Below, piece after piece: positions 39,590 to 53,793 of a DNA stretch of 64,000 nt. The stretch's first letter is position 1. Every line of letters starts with the position of its first letter. The notes below the pieces were generated by a model. The model was not told where the DNA came from and ran no database searches. It was given only the letters and a program-made list of their open reading frames with translations. This DNA comes from Phoronis australis (Eukaryota; Animalia; Phoronida): contig NMRA01000973.1 in NCBI GenBank assembly GCA_002633005.1, positions 1 through 64,000 on the forward strand, read 5' to 3'. The position numbers and the translations under genes are program-made.

Positions 39590-42500
39590 GCTTCCTCCAA
39601 ATCTGTGTTTGTAAATTTAGAACACATCAAAATGTTTTATCAGAAAAACTATCTCACCAGGATCTCTGTAGAAAACCAGATAGTTATTCTCGGTATATTC
39701 AGCTGATACGACAAAAATAAGCATTTAGTCATATTAGCGATAATACCTGGGTCTAGGAAAACAACAACACCTTCAGCCAGTGACGGGTCAGTGACTCGAA
39801 GCATTTCGTCGTGTGTGCCTAGAAGTGAGACGAGCCCAAAGACTACAGATATATCAAACCGTCAACTATTAGAAATACATGTGATAAATGACAAGTTCGA
39901 AAAATTGTCCAACGATTTTGAGTCTCTCAGACGCGAATATGAAACGTCAAGGGAAGATAACTCTATCTTACGTGATCAAGTCAAATAAATGGAAGAGAAG
40001 TTAGATGATTTAGGGAATCGATCAAGGCGAGACAACCTTATATTCCATGGCATTGTTGAAAATGGTAACGAAACCTGGGAAGAATCGGAAAATCAACTTG
40101 AGGAGTTTCTCAAGCAGCAGCTGAATATTAAAGACATAAACATCAAGCGAGCTCGCAGACTGGGCCGTAGAACCCAGGGGAAAGTGAGGCCCATCATAGC
40201 AAAACTGAATTCGAAAGATAAGCAAAAAATAATGAGGAAACGAAGAGAAATGAGAGACTCCGACATATTCATAACAGAAGACTTCTCAATCTGGGTTAAG
40301 AAAGCAAAGAGAAAGCTGTACGAATTTTCACAATCACACAGTATGGAAAACGTCAAATCAGCTTCAACAAGCTGATCTATAATGGCAGAGTGTTTGTGTA
40401 CGACGAAGAGAACGATGTGATAAAAATTAAAACCCTGCACAACTAATGCTTACCCACGCAACCAATCAACCCGAGCGGAAGCCGCTGTTCAACATGACGA
40501 TCAGGTATTTCACATGGCCAGCTCGGCTCAAGCACAGTCGGACCAGTACTAGAGGTTAGGCCAAGGCCCGCAAGACAAGTCGTCATAGAAATTTATGTGT
40601 TGGAATATAGAAGGTCTAAAGCATCAAATACAGAGAGCTGATTTTGTAAATACGATACGTACAGTATATATGATATTATCACTTTTGTTGAAACATAGGG
40701 AATGAATGAAAATGAGTTTACACTGGAAGGTTACCAATGTTTTGGGTCAGTGAGAAATAAACACCTTCAAGCATTTCGGAATTCTGGTGGTGTAGTATTA
40801 TTTTGTAAGAAAGTATTGGTGGCTGTTAGGCTTCCTTCAAGTTTGTCTGACGTTTTATGGGTAAAAATTAACCTACCCGATAAACCCTTATCATGTTTTA
40901 GTTGCGGTTGTGTATTAGTCTCCAAAAAGTTCAAGCAAAAACTTGAAATAATGAACTACTTGAGCGGGAAGTGCAAGGTTATACTGCCGAAAGGAGGGGG
41001 GCTTGTCACCTTTTAATAATGGGCGATTTTAATGCTCGTACGCGTAACAGGCCAGACTTTATTGAAGATGATAGTATTAAGTATAATGATGAATCCAGTC
41101 CTATTTTTGATTGTGTTGATTATTTAGAAGATAGCGTGTGTTGTAGGACCTCACAAGGTAATAGTGAGGTGAATGAGTTTGGTACAGAATTATTAGAGAG
41201 GTTTGTCGAAGAAATGAGATAAGAATTCTGAATGGAAGAGTGGGGAAAGATACAGACATTGGTAGTGTAACATGCGTGACTTATAATGGATCAAGTGTTG
41301 TTGACTATGTCATGATGAGCAATGATTTATTGTACTGTGTGGACGGTTTTAAATTGGGCAATTATGTAAATCGCCTGCCCACTTTCCATTGATTCTTATG
41401 GCTCGAGGTAAACAGATTTAAAGTGTTTATAAATGGAACGAGGAGTTAAACCTAAGATATGCAGAAAACCGGTCGAAACCGAAGGTGGATCAGTTGCTCG
41501 CTGACGTACAGAGTCATTTACCCTCGACCATAGATTCAAGTGTAGGAAGTTTAACGGAAGCCGTTAAATTATGCGCAGCGGATATGTTAAAAACAAAAGT
41601 GAACATATCTTATAACCCAGTTAATAGTTTTTCCAAATGGTTTGACACTAATTGTAGGGAAATGAGGGTTGTTGTTAGGCAAAAATTAAGTAATTTTAGA
41701 TTCAGTATTGGAACACAGAGAGAAAATTATACGAGCTAGAAGGGATTATGGAAATTAAAAAAATGAAACAGATAGAGTGTAACAAAAACGTTACAAAATT
41801 TGAAATCAGCTGTGGAGAGTAAAGACAGTAAAAAATTCTGGCGCATATTTAATATTAGGAAGAAAAGTATATCGACGAATATTAAACCGGAGGAATGGAT
41901 AAATTACTTCAGCTCTCTGTTTGAGGCAACTATTTTGTTTCTAATCCGGAGTTCGCTGAATTTCATGCTTTTATTGAGAACTCAGTAAAAAATGACATCA
42001 ATTCAAGTAATGCAATTGTTGATATGGAGATAGACGCTGAGATCACAAAAGACGAAATTATACAAACCATCGGTAGTATGAAAGACGGCATTTCGCCAGG
42101 ATATTATAAAATTAGCATTGAGTTCTACAAGTATGCTGATAAAAGGTTGGTAGATTTGCTGTTCCATCTATACAACAATTTTTTTTTAAATGGTGTGTTT
42201 CCAAAAGAATGGACAAAATCCTTTAAAGTACTGGTATTTAAGGGCGGTGCCAAAATTCCTTATGCAAGTCACAGCCAAAATATTCGAAAAAATATTGTGC
42301 CAGTGACTTCAAAAGATGGTTGGAAAGAGAAAACGTAATTAGTGTGTCTCAAGTTGTGTTTAGGAAAGGGCACAGAACTGTGGATCACATGTCTGCTTTA
42401 TGAACATTAATAATTAAATAGTTGACACGAGAGAAAGGTAGACTCTATAGTGCTTTCGTGGATTTTAAAGCAGCTAATGACAGTATATACAGAAGCGCAT

Positions 42501-44822
42501 TACATTTTAAATTAAAGAACAATAGCATAGAATTTAAGGTGTTATGTATAAGATAATCAAAGCAATGTACGCTGAAGTAAAACCGTACATGTACGTGAGA
42601 TTGAATAACGGGAGGTACACGGAGTTCTTTGATTGTCATAATGGTCTAAAACAAGGCTCTCAGCCTTCACCGTTTTGTTTATATTACTTATAAACGATCT
42701 CGGGCAAGAATTAGAATCCGGTGGCGGTGAAAAAATTTCCATAGGATAAGGTGGATTATTGCATCTGTTGTTTGCTGATGATTTTGGTTTTATTTTCTTA
42801 CAGAGTGAAAGGACTGTAGAAAAAAATTGAACATTTTATATGAGTATTGTCAGAAATGGAAATTGATTGTTAACATGTCGAATACTAAGATAATTGTTTT
42901 CAGAAAGGGTAAAATGTTACGATCGTATGATAAATGGACGTATAATGGGAATACTGTTAATATTGTAAATGCATTTAAGTATTTAGGATTAATGTTTACT
43001 ACAAAAGGTTCGTGCTCTTGCGCACAGAAAGCTATCATTACAGGCTACTAAGGCAGAGAATTTAATGAGGAAAAATGTCAGCGGTTTTAATGCACTCCTT
43101 GTTAAAGTTAGTTTGAAATTTATCGATTGTAAAATATTGCCGATATTTCATTATGGCTGTTAGATCTGGAGTTTTAGTGATTGCGAATGTGGTGAAAGAG
43201 CCCACAAAATTTTTGTAAAGAAATTTTAATTTTGCCTAGCACGGCAATTTCGTCGACTGTTAGAGGTGAGATGAGTCGTTACTCCTTGAATGCTTATCGC
43301 TTCCCAGAATTGTGAAATATTGGTCAAAATTATTAAAAACCGATGCATAAAAAATTACATATCATTGCTAAGAATGGCAATATAATATGACGGATAATGT
43401 TGATAAACCATGTTGGGTTAATGATGTTAAGAAATTGCTATTTCAGTTTGCTTTTGAAGAAGCATGGTACAATCAGGGTGTAGGTTCCGAGACAAGCTCC
43501 ATATCACTTTTAAACTAAGATAGAACGATATTGAGCAGCAACAATGGCAAGAAATTTTGAACAATTCGATAAAGCTGAAAACTTACAGAACTTTTAAGTT
43601 AAATATATGTTTTGAAAACTATTTAGATGCAATTGACGATGTAAATGTTAGATCTGATATGGTAAGATTAAGATGTTCAGCGCATGCACTACTGATTGGA
43701 AATGGTAGAAACTTGAAACTTAGCAGACCAGAAAGGTTATGTCCTCTCTGTATTAGGGCATATGTCGAGTCAGAATATCATTGTGTTACCGAATGTCCAT
43801 TCTACGATGACCTTAGGAAACGGTATTTGCCTGCATGGAGCTACAACAATCCCAATGTTACAAAATTCAACAGACTCATGACTATGAAGGAAAAAGACCT
43901 TATATGATCAACATGTAAATATGCTGATTTCGCATTCAAGCGAAGAAGAACTCGGTTTACTTCTAGTGTTTGAAACTCACCTTTANNNNNNNNNNNNNNN
44001 NNNNNNNNNNNNNNNNNNNNNNNNNNNNNNNNNNNNNNNNNNNNNNNNNNNNNNNNNNNNNNNNNNNNNNNNNNNNNNNNNNNNNNNNNNNNNNNNNNNN
44101 NNNNNNNNNNNNNNNNNNNNNNNNNNNNNNNNNNNNNNNNNNNNNNNNNNNNNNNNNNNNNNNNNNNNNNNNNNNNNNNNNNNNNNNNNNNNNNNNNNNN
44201 TTCTAAGTTCGAAAGTGGTAAAATCTGTTGTGGACGCATACAGGTTATTAAAGTGGTCTTTGGAGGAGTGTATTTTAGCACATAAAGAATTTAACCGAAT
44301 GTGACACATATATACATGTAGTTGCTGGGCTCGTATATTGGATGGATTGTAGAACAGTGGAAAACCGGGATATATAACGTAGTGAGGCATATATCTAACG
44401 GGACATATAAAGTTGTGGGCTATATATTGTATACACCAAACGGGACATATATACTTGCGGGCTATATATTGTACTGGGGCATATACCTAGTAAGGTATAT
44501 ATTATTGCGGGATATATATTGCTCCGGGGCATATACCCATTGGAGCATATATAATTGCGGGCTATATATTTTATATATACCCCGGAACAAGGTCTCAAAA
44601 TTTTACCCCGCTGCAAGGTTTCAAATAATCACCCCACATCTGCATATAAACATGTATATATATATATATACATATACATATACATACACACACACACATA
44701 TATATATATATATAAATATATATAATTATTATTATTATTAGGTAAGCCTGAAGTATCTCCCAAATAAACGGAGTTAATTTGTATTTGATGATTTGATTGG
44801 AACAAGTGCCGGAGGCCTAGTT

Positions 44823-44850
<28 letters not shown>
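39590..44850 (+). mobile_element. Near full-length RTE-X-like LINE in gene B intron, same family as 4571-8108
   Basis: ORF1 coiled-coil plus L1-type RRM (NRSRRDNLIFHGI..RPIIAKL, ~39791-40440). ORF2 with APE, RT (GLKQG, LLFADD) and CCHC. 3' tail at 44779-44850. Many disablements; the 5' boundary is approximate. Confidence 0.88.
44365..44585. repeat. Degenerate gcgggctatatatt-type repeat array
   Basis: Recurrent cggg(a/c)tatata and ggggcatatacc units, typical of MITE subterminal repeats. Confidence 0.55.
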
Positions 44851-44866
<16 letters not shown>

Positions 44867-45615
44867 CATACACACACACACACATATATATATATAAATA
44901 TATATAATTATTATTATTATTAGGTAAGCCTGAAGTATCTCCCAAATAAACGGAGTTAACAAAAGAATTTCAGTCAAACCTTTTTAATGATACCAACACG
45001 AAGATGTGAACCAATACACCACAGCAAGGCATTGAGCAGTCTGTGTTATTCACTAATTTACAGTCTGCTACCTTCCAAAGAAAATCATGATTCAATGAAA
45101 ATTGAGTGTTCTGTTTGATTTAACGAATCCAACCAATTACTCGTATATAAGTTTCTAGTAATAGTTGTGAATAATTATACAGGTGAGCGGACATTGCAAC
45201 AGACAGTAACTCACCGCTCAGATTAAAAACAATTATCGTCGTGAATAAAATCCCCAATGGTGCCTACACCAAAACTGTTGGAACTGTAGTTAGGGCCACA
45301 CGATAACTTCTAACAATTCGTGACTCAGATTTTTGCCCAATTCATCCAGAAGTTCAAAAACTATGAGCGAGGTAGTAGTAGACGACAAATAATGCTGGCC
45401 GGTAGGCTACTACATTCTGGCAGGGGGCATCAATCTCACTGTTTTTTCTACCCAGTTCACTTGAATTAATCTCACACTTAAAAATTGGGAGAACTGCTAA
45501 CGTGCCGCATTGCCAAGAGAACTACTTTTCACCTCTATTCAAACGATTCTGAACAGAATCGAGTTTACGCCGTCTTGCTACTGTCCACGGCCGCCGACGT
45601 GAGCTCCCACCTGTA

Positions 45616-47425
45616 TAGTCAGGTTCACTATGTTCAAATTTTGATATTCGTTGAAATTTTGGGGGGGAAGTGGAAACTATACATTTTTGGAAACCTCATG
45701 GAATGACGAATCAGAGAATAATTGATTCCATTTTTGGTGGCCATCTTGGCGGCCATCTTGGATTTTTAAATATAGCGCCGGTAAACTAGGTTTTGCCTAG
45801 TATAACCGCCCTTGAGTCATAACATCCCGATGAGCCGTATCCTTTCCCATGACCAAAAAAGGCTCAACTTACTGAATAACTGTCTGCAAAAACACTTGAA
45901 TATAATAAAGACTTTGCCAAGATAGCCATTACTTCAGCTTTAGGATGCACAAAGAGCAACCGACGTGATCTATGCTTAGAAGAAAATAGAAATATTGCTA
46001 ATACATCATGCAGTTCTGGCATCACATCAAAAGGTTCCTGATTCTCAGCTGATGTTTTTTTACCTGACATAGATTTACTGGTACTTGTCATTGCCTATTA
46101 TGACAGGCTTCTCAGAAATATTTCAGTCTCCATGGCATCTGGGATTGTGGACGGGAATCCAATATCGACAATATTAGGTGCTGTCTGGGCAAAGGCTCTT
46201 CCTGCTTTCCATGCTTTTACGTGAACATGCTTTAGGTTGAATATATATTTGAAGGCAAACGCTGGTGATATCAATGCACCGCAGACTTCTTGTAATGTTC
46301 ATGAAGTAACAGGTGAACCTCTTTTCACATTAGCCCCCTTTACATGTGCATACTCACCACAGGATATAGACACAATAGCATCCCAGAGCTGAGATGGTAC
46401 CTCTTCTGTAAACCTATGGCTGACAGCGACAAACAACCACTTACCATTGGTGCTTTGAAATAGCATGTGGTGAGGGTGTTTATTCAAGCCAGAGTGTGGG
46501 GCCAGGCAATCAGTGCTCGACAGGAGTTCTTTGGACCATTGCAGAATCAATTTACAAGGACAAAGATGACCAGCTGCGGAAACCATCACAATTGAGGAGC
46601 TTCCATCACCAGAGGCTTTCATTGATATGGTAAAATGCCCGTGCAAAGATGCTCTTGCCGATAAAAGGGCCTACCTTACAAACATCTATGTCAGTATTCA
46701 GTAGTGCAGAATGTCAGAATGGTGATGATGATGTGATTCCTGATGACAGTGATGGCTATCTAGTAATGATCTATAGACTTATTTCAAAGTTTTAAAATAC
46801 TATTGACACTACAAAAAACATACTTTCATGTTTTTCAAACGTAAATAAATTGTTTCAGGTACTGATTCAGTTTAAGTGTCTTAAAGGAAACAAGCTCCGA
46901 ACAATATATTCAAGAAAGTAAGATGGTGATCATATGTGTTGGATTACAGGAATAATGTATTTAGAAAATGTGGCTGCTAATAAATGGGGTTTTGATTATC
47001 TTTTTCGTTTAATAAGTTGAATTTTCAGATTTCTTGACCACAAAATGTGGGTTCAGCCATTAAAACTAACATTCTAAGTGACCCAAGAGCAAAGATACTG
47101 AAGAAAATGTATTTTACGGGCGCCATTTTTAAAATTCCAAGATTGCCGCCAAGATGGCCGCCAATAAAATTAAATTTTCCAATTCCCTGACCTGACAAAT
47201 ACAGGTGTAGCCATAAAAACCAACATTCTAAGTGACCCAAAGATGTAGATTTTGGGCAAAATCTACTTTACCGGCGCCATTTTTGAAAGTCGAAGATTGC
47301 CGCCAAGATAGCCACCAAAATGGAATCAATTATTTTCTGATTTTTCATTCCATGAGGTTTCCAAAAATGTATAGTTTCCACTTTCCCCAAAAAATTCCAA
47401 CAAAATTACACAACAAAACTGACTA
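45616..47425 (+). mobile_element. Academ (AcademX-like) deletion derivative
   Basis: TAGTCAG...CTGACTA termini, long imperfect TIRs and a TGTA TSD. Decayed XPG/PIN-like (DLLVLVIAYY..KALPAFHAFT) and CXC-like (IDMVKCPCK) coding remnants. Confidence 0.78.
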
Positions 47426-48093
47426 TGTATCTGAAATGGTAGCACTGCCCTTATGTGGGAGGCATCACCACGTATATCTCGTTAAACGTCTTAAAAGACG
47501 GTGGCCGAAGCAGTGGACTCCTGTATTTCAAAAATGATATACGTTAGGTTTGGATTGCACTGTATGTAGAAAACGATATAGCAAACTTACATGCATGGAG
47601 CCAATGAAAGCACAAAGGTTCATCTCTGCATTTCTGCCTATTCTTGGGAACTAGAAATTCATTAGCTAATGCAACTGACCCTAATAGTAAAGTAATATGG
47701 CCCGAGTTGCCTTCCATAAAGATAAGACACTCGCAAATAAGGTTAGTGATACCACGTGCTCCGTTTACATGGCGATATCACGAGAAAACTTACGTGATAT
47801 TGCGTTATTGCGACTGTCTTAAGGCTTCTTAACGCAGTTCTGTACTCTAATAATCGCGTGGAACCAGAGGCAAGTCCCCGTGTTGGTGAACTAATTCCGT
47901 TCTCGATCTTTTCAGAAGTTAAAACGAGGGACTTTGCGTCGTTATCACCACCGGGACAATTATTGAGTAGCCCATCGGAGTACCTCCCAAGTGTTTTGTA
48001 GTGTGAAGAGTGTGATATAAGAACACGTCTTTTCACCTTTGAACCAGGTCTTCATATGACACTAGCAACTACTTCTTGATAAATTTCTTCTAG

Positions 48094-48197
48094 GTGCCTA
48101 AATGTTCCTGATGATTTGCTGGTGTGGTTTCAAGGCTGCAAAATTAAGAAGTCTTCACTCTTAGGTTGTGTGACTGCCATTAAAAAGTGCCCCAAAA
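48094..48197 (+). CDS. Gene B coding exon 2 (CLNVPDDLLVWFQGCKIKKSSLLGCVTAIKKCPK)
   Basis: Acceptor tttcttctag and donor gtaagt. 104 nt, open, all 4 Cys conserved with gene A. Confidence 0.86.
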
Positions 48198-50398
48198 GTA
48201 AGTACATATTTCAACAATTTTCTGGATTTAGGGTGTTTATCATGAAATTTACAATTTTCTTGATCGACTTTTATCCGTGTACACGTTTAATTGACAGTGT
48301 TTATTGGAGTTTTTTCAAAAGTAATCATACATGTACCTCAGTCAAAATAAATTTAAATTGTACGATCAGAAATGAAACAGTACAGATACGTTCTTTTTTT
48401 TCATTAAACCAATTAATTTGGTTGAAGCTATGTAATTTTTGCGTGCAAAAATTCGTGCGACGGTATAACATCAGCATCAGTTATTCTCAAACAGTGACAC
48501 AAAGTGGAGCTGGTTAGCCTGTTCTATGACCTTTATTCAAAGTTTGGTTTTCCACACGTAAAGATGCAGCGTATATTTCTTTATTAAGCCAAACCTGGAA
48601 AGTGTTCCGTAGAGGCACACACAAATCTTTGCGTATGAAACGAAAAGGGTGAATTTTATCCCGTAATGCAACTATCCAGGCTCACCGAACATTCACTTCA
48701 GTGACCGCCATTTTGACAGAGTAAAATTTCGAGCGACCTCGTGAAACTTCTGCCTTTCACTAAGGGGATTTTGCTTCCTGTTGCAAGTGTATTGTGTCTA
48801 AGGAATATAGCCTTATTCAACAATAAATGATTAAATTCACTCCTGGGATGAAGGCCTTTGAAAGAAGGTTATCAGTGTGTGAGTTTCCTGTTTTAGTGAC
48901 TGTTAGGGAGGAAAACGTTCAAGAACTGGGATAAATGTACTGTAAGTACTGTAAAAGTTGTTTTTGTTTTGTTTTTGAAGCGTGTCTACGGATTGAGAGA
49001 GTCAGTGTTTATCCAATAAAATGCAGTTCTCGCTCGCTAGATAATGCAGCGTTTTCACACTAATGACTATGAGTAAAAATGAACGATTTCCCTTCCATAT
49101 CCTAATCCAATTTTAAATTAGTCAAAGTCGAAGTATTTTCCACCGCATGAAAAGAGGAGTGAATTTGGGATGCGGCTACTTTCGTCGAAGCTATTTTATT
49201 TTTGAGTATTAATTTTGTTGGTCTACGACGGAAACCGACATTNAGTAATCATACATGTACCTCAGTCAAAATAAATTTAAATTGTACGATCAGAAATGAA
49301 ACAGTACAGATACGTTCTTTATTTTCATTAAACCAATTAATTTGGTTGAAGCTATGTAATTTTTGCGTGCAAAAATTCGTGCGACGATATAACATCAGCA
49401 TCAGTTATTCTCAAACAGTGACACAAAGTGGAGCTGGTTAGCCTGTTCTATGACCTTTATTCAAAGTTTGGTTTTCCACACGTAAAGATGCAGCATACAT
49501 TTTTTTATTAAGCCAAACCTGGAAAGCGTTCCGTAGAGGCACACACAAATCTTTGCGTATGAAACGAAAAGGGTGAATTTTATCCCGTAATGCAACAATC
49601 CAGGCTCACCGAACATTCACTTCAGTGACCGCCATTTTGACAGAGTAAAATTTCGAGCGAACTCGTGAAACTTTTGCCTTTCACTTAGGGGATTTTGCTT
49701 CCTGTTGCAAGTGTATTGTGTCTAAGGAATATAGCCTTATTCAACAATCAATGATTAAATTCACTCCTGGGATGAAGGCCTTTGAAAAAAGGTTATCATG
49801 CTGTGAGTTTCCTGTTTTAGTGACTGTTATGGAGGAAAACGTTCAAGAACTGGGATAAATGTACTGTAACTACTGTAAAAGTTGTTTTTGTTTTGTTTTT
49901 GAAGCGTATCTACGGATTGAGAGAGTCAGTGTTTATCCATTAAAATTCAGTTCTCGCTCGCCAGATAATGCAGCGTTTTCACACTAATGACTATGAGTAA
50001 AAATGAAGGAATTCTCTTCCATATCGTAATCCAATTTTAAATTAGTCAAAGTCGAAGTATTTTCCACCGCATGAAAAGAGGATTGAATTCGGGATGCGGC
50101 TACTTTCGTCGAAGCTATTTTATTTTTGAGTATTAATTTTGTTGGTCTACGACGGAAACCGACATTTGACTATGATATCTGGCATAAGAGCCTTGAACAG
50201 AAATAGGACAATTAACAATTATTGTCCGTGTTAATTTTTATATTATGCTAAATATTTGCCGTATATGTCGAAGTCAATTCATCGTTTCTTCTCTTCAACA
50301 GAANACAATTAACAATTATTGTCGGTGTTAATTTTTATATTATGCTAAATATTTGCCGTATATGTCGAAGTCAATTCATCGCTTCTTCTCTTCAACAG

Positions 50399-50578
50399 AA
50401 TGTAAAAATAGCAGTGGTCATGTTCACGAGCGGAACGACGAGTGGGTGGAGACCGTGGGCGGGGTTACGTTTGACTGTGTGTGTACACCCCCAACGACTT
50501 CGATGATTCCTTCTCTGAAGCAATTGCCACCAAAGTTGTACAAGAAAATCCCACCGCGGGGAATCTGCAAACGACAAG
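50399..50578 (+). CDS. Gene B coding exon 3 (CKNSSGHVHERNDEWVETVGGVTFDCVCT...GICKRQ)
   Basis: Acceptor ctcttcaacag and donor gtataa. 180 nt, phase 1-1. Differs from gene A by an in-frame 12-nt indel. Confidence 0.86.
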
Positions 50579-50621
50579 GTATAAACTTTTTAGTCGCTTA
50601 GTATCATGGTGTGGGAACCTG

Positions 50622-51045
50622 TGGCCGGTTGCATGAAACAGTCTCAAATAGGGACTCAACTAAGGTCCCAAAGTCTTTTCCCGTATTTGTGTCTTTATGG
50701 ACTCACAGGTGCAATATTTTCTATCATTTCATTTTAGTATGAACTCCTCTTTGCTTAATGACTCTTTCTAATAATATAAATAAAAACTGAACCCACACTT
50801 CATTGAAAATAAATAGGGACTTAGTCCTTAAATTGGGGGTGTTGCATGAAAAGAACCCTAAACAATTTCGACTATATTGACAATTTAACGTAGAGTTCAC
50901 TTTCGATTTGTGTCAAAGTCAAAACATAACTTAATAATGAAACTAAATAAATACAAGGAAGGGCAATGGTCAAGTCCAAAAATACGCATTAGATTTAGGG
51001 AACTTAGATGAGTCCCTAACTGGTACTGTTTCATGCAAGCGGGCA
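50622..51045. mobile_element. Harbinger-like MITE nested in the left TIR of the 4.3-kb element
   Basis: TIR TGGCCGGTTGCATGAAACAGT with CTG/CAG flanks. Confidence 0.7.
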
Positions 51046-51629
51046 CAGTACTACGTGTTTGGACTGGTCATGAGGAGTACCGCGACGTCATGAGCAAAAT
51101 CGGCAAAAATTCCCCAACCAGGCGCATGGTACTTTAGGGGGTCATTTACCTCGTAACAGATGACTTTTTGCAATGAAACTGCTGACATGCACTCAGTGGA
51201 AGAGTAGTCGTTGAATGTGACCTTAATTGCATTAACAGAGTTCCTATACTGATTATGTCTTCATATTTCTTCTTGTTTGGCTAAATTTTTGTGTGTAGTT
51301 TAAATTATGTAGTATTTGATGATACATACTCTCAAAATATCCATGCGGAATCGCCATACTCGAGTTTCGCATGACTTTCCGAACTCGTCGTGAGCCATTG
51401 CACATTCTTTCAACTCCAAGCCCAAATGGATTACAGTTGTAACAAGTCTGGCCCTTCCCCCGAGGTAAAGGTGCAGCCCTGGCCTACCCGATAGGATAAG
51501 ATAGAATGTAGATGGACAAAAACAACAAAATTGTTGCAGCTACTAGTACTACTAATGTCTCATTAAATAGTGAATATGCCAATGAAGTAATAGTTTACAA
51601 ACAACCTCGCGTCTTCCGGTGTGCTGTAA

Positions 51630-52350
51630 ACCATCCGAAGGTTCACTACTCCGAAGGTTCAATATTCTGAAGGCTCACTACTCCGAAGAGTCACTACTCC
51701 GAAGATCACAACCTTCGAAAGTTTATTACTTCGAATGTACACAAGTCCGAAACCGGGACTCCGACAGTTCTTTACTAATGAATCGAAACTGGCATGAATA
51801 AAGCATTGAATAGTTTCTAAAGCATTGATTACATTGTTTACCATCGAACTTATTTCAACTCCCTGCCAACAGTATTTTTTAGTTTAACCAAAGATTCATT
51901 GTCGTTTAGGGACAACATCTGGGGCACGGGTCCGGTGACCAACTGCAGTTTTAAGTTTAGGAAGTGGTTGGGACTTTCGTGAAGACTGGCAGGGACAGGG
52001 TAGTCAACTAAGTACATTTAGCTTCGACCCGGCCGTGCGAGTAGTCGCGCTGTGAGATGATGCGATCTTGACATGGATTTGAAGAAAGTATCGTGGTTGA
52101 TAATTCATCAACCTACTTCATGTTCTTTCAGAAATTCAAGTACGTACTCACTTCTACGAACTCGGAAGACATGCGGGCAATTTCGAACACGCATAAAAGT
52201 GATTTATTACCCGGGGGTTATTTTCGGTATACTTGCATCTAACAACCGAAGTGTCGTTTGTTTTTGCATGTAGCAGTACCTCTATAACAATTAGACATAA
52301 ATCCGGAGTAGTAAATATTCGAAGTAGTGAACCTTCGGAATATGAACCGA
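51630..52350. mobile_element. MITE with 15-bp subterminal repeats (ccgaaggttcactac)
   Basis: Array at 51630-51735 and inverted units at 52300-52350. A related array lies at 14017-14110. Confidence 0.6.
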
Positions 52351-52949
52351 CTGTGAGTCCCGTTCTTTGAGAACAACCGTCACTGCATCCTCATTTCTGG
52401 TGTTACGAATTCGTTGCCGTTCATACATATTTCCCTTCCCCATGATTTAGCTGAGTGCCTTACCGAAAACTTCAGTGTCGACGTTAGCAAAATATCAATC
52501 TTTCTAGAAATTCGAACCATGCTGGCTACGAGCCTGAAAATGGCCCACTTCTACTTTCTCATTTTCCTGTATAATTTTGTGTTGTCCGTCTTTCAAATTT
52601 GGTTTATATTCGTAGCCGAACAAATCAATGTCTCCACCAGTATCAGTTTTCCTGACATTTATCTTCTAGCTGTCAAAGTTCAACTGACACGCCCTGGCTT
52701 TGGGGGCGATATCAAGAAGTTCATGAATAATTCTAGAAATTATAGACTAATCCATTTGTGACGTAGGCTGTTGTTTAACGTTTGGCACAGCAAAGTTTGT
52801 TTTCGATTCTAGTGGTCTCCGCCAGATATCATTCCGATATGCTTGAACGCTCGTGTGAAAAATGTATTTATACCACAATATTAGCGTAAAATGGCAGTGT
52901 AATAACCCATAAAGTTATCTCACTAGTGAGATAATGATTTGGCGGGAAA

Positions 52950-53017
52950 CGGAGGACGGGATCGAACCAGGGACCCTAATATTGCTGGTCGCCGACTTTA
53001 CCACTACACCACGCAGC
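52950..53017 (-). other. tRNA-derived Pol III head (SINE or pseudo-tRNA)
   Basis: A box TGGTGTAGTGG and B box GGTTCGATCCC on the - strand. Anticodon and acceptor stems pair poorly. Confidence 0.55.
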
Positions 53018-53555
53018 GACTGACGTCATCAAGAGTGAAAATAGAATACTTAAATGAGCACGCGCAATAATCGCACGTTCAACAAACCGCATTGTACTGT
53101 ACTTATACGCTACGAAAAATAAGACACATAATTTCCATAAAAATGATATCTTAATTCGGTGAAATTTTTCTCTCATGTGCTCTTACTTGTAAATCACCGA
53201 TCTCTAGTTTGAATGCGGGTATCGTGTCGTCAGGATCTTTTACTTGAGAATCATATTCAGTTTCCAGTGGTAACCTACTTTAGCAGACGATAATTTCCCG
53301 GTCGAAGCTTAGCGTGAAAAAAACGTGTTTTAAGCTATAATAGTTGGTAAACCTTACTTTATGAATTCAATTTATTTCTATAATTTTTAAGTTTTCAATT
53401 GGTGTTGAGTAAAAGCATAATTTGACAAAAATAGCCGGGCTTTTCTTAAAAGGTCACGACCTCAGACCCCGGGCCTCTGACATAGAAAGTAGTTACAAAG
53501 CCGTGGAGAGTCAGAAAAGGTAAATCGATTCATTGCAAGGTTTCTCGTTTAGTAC

Positions 53556-53793
53556 TATAAGGACATTTTAAAGTTTTTGGGATCGGATAATTATAGATTA
53601 TTACATGTTCTCAGCCGTTATCCCCCTTATCTAGAGACCTCGTGGATTTTGGAAATCTATCACCCTCGGGGCTAACGCCCCTCGGACGATAATTCTCCAA
53701 AATCCACTCGGGCTCTAGATAACGGGGGATAACGACTTCGCCATGTAATAATCTATATTTATCCGATCCCAAAAACTTTAAAATGTCCTTATA
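53556..53793. mobile_element. Foldback (hairpin) MITE
   Basis: Nearly the whole element is palindromic (TATAAGGACATTTTAAAGTTTTTGGGATCGGATA... and its inverse), with TA ends. Confidence 0.85.

Noticed and set aside
48320-50400. Tandem duplications in gene B intron (48320-49242/49244-50165 and 50207-50303/50305-50400)
   Set aside because: Each pair is split by a single N and differs by scattered SNPs, consistent with unmerged haplotype overlaps. The same pattern occurs at 5816, 35757 and 63387.
52950-53017. Functional tRNA gene
   Set aside because: A and B boxes are present but the cloverleaf stems do not pair, and it lies inside a TE insertion.
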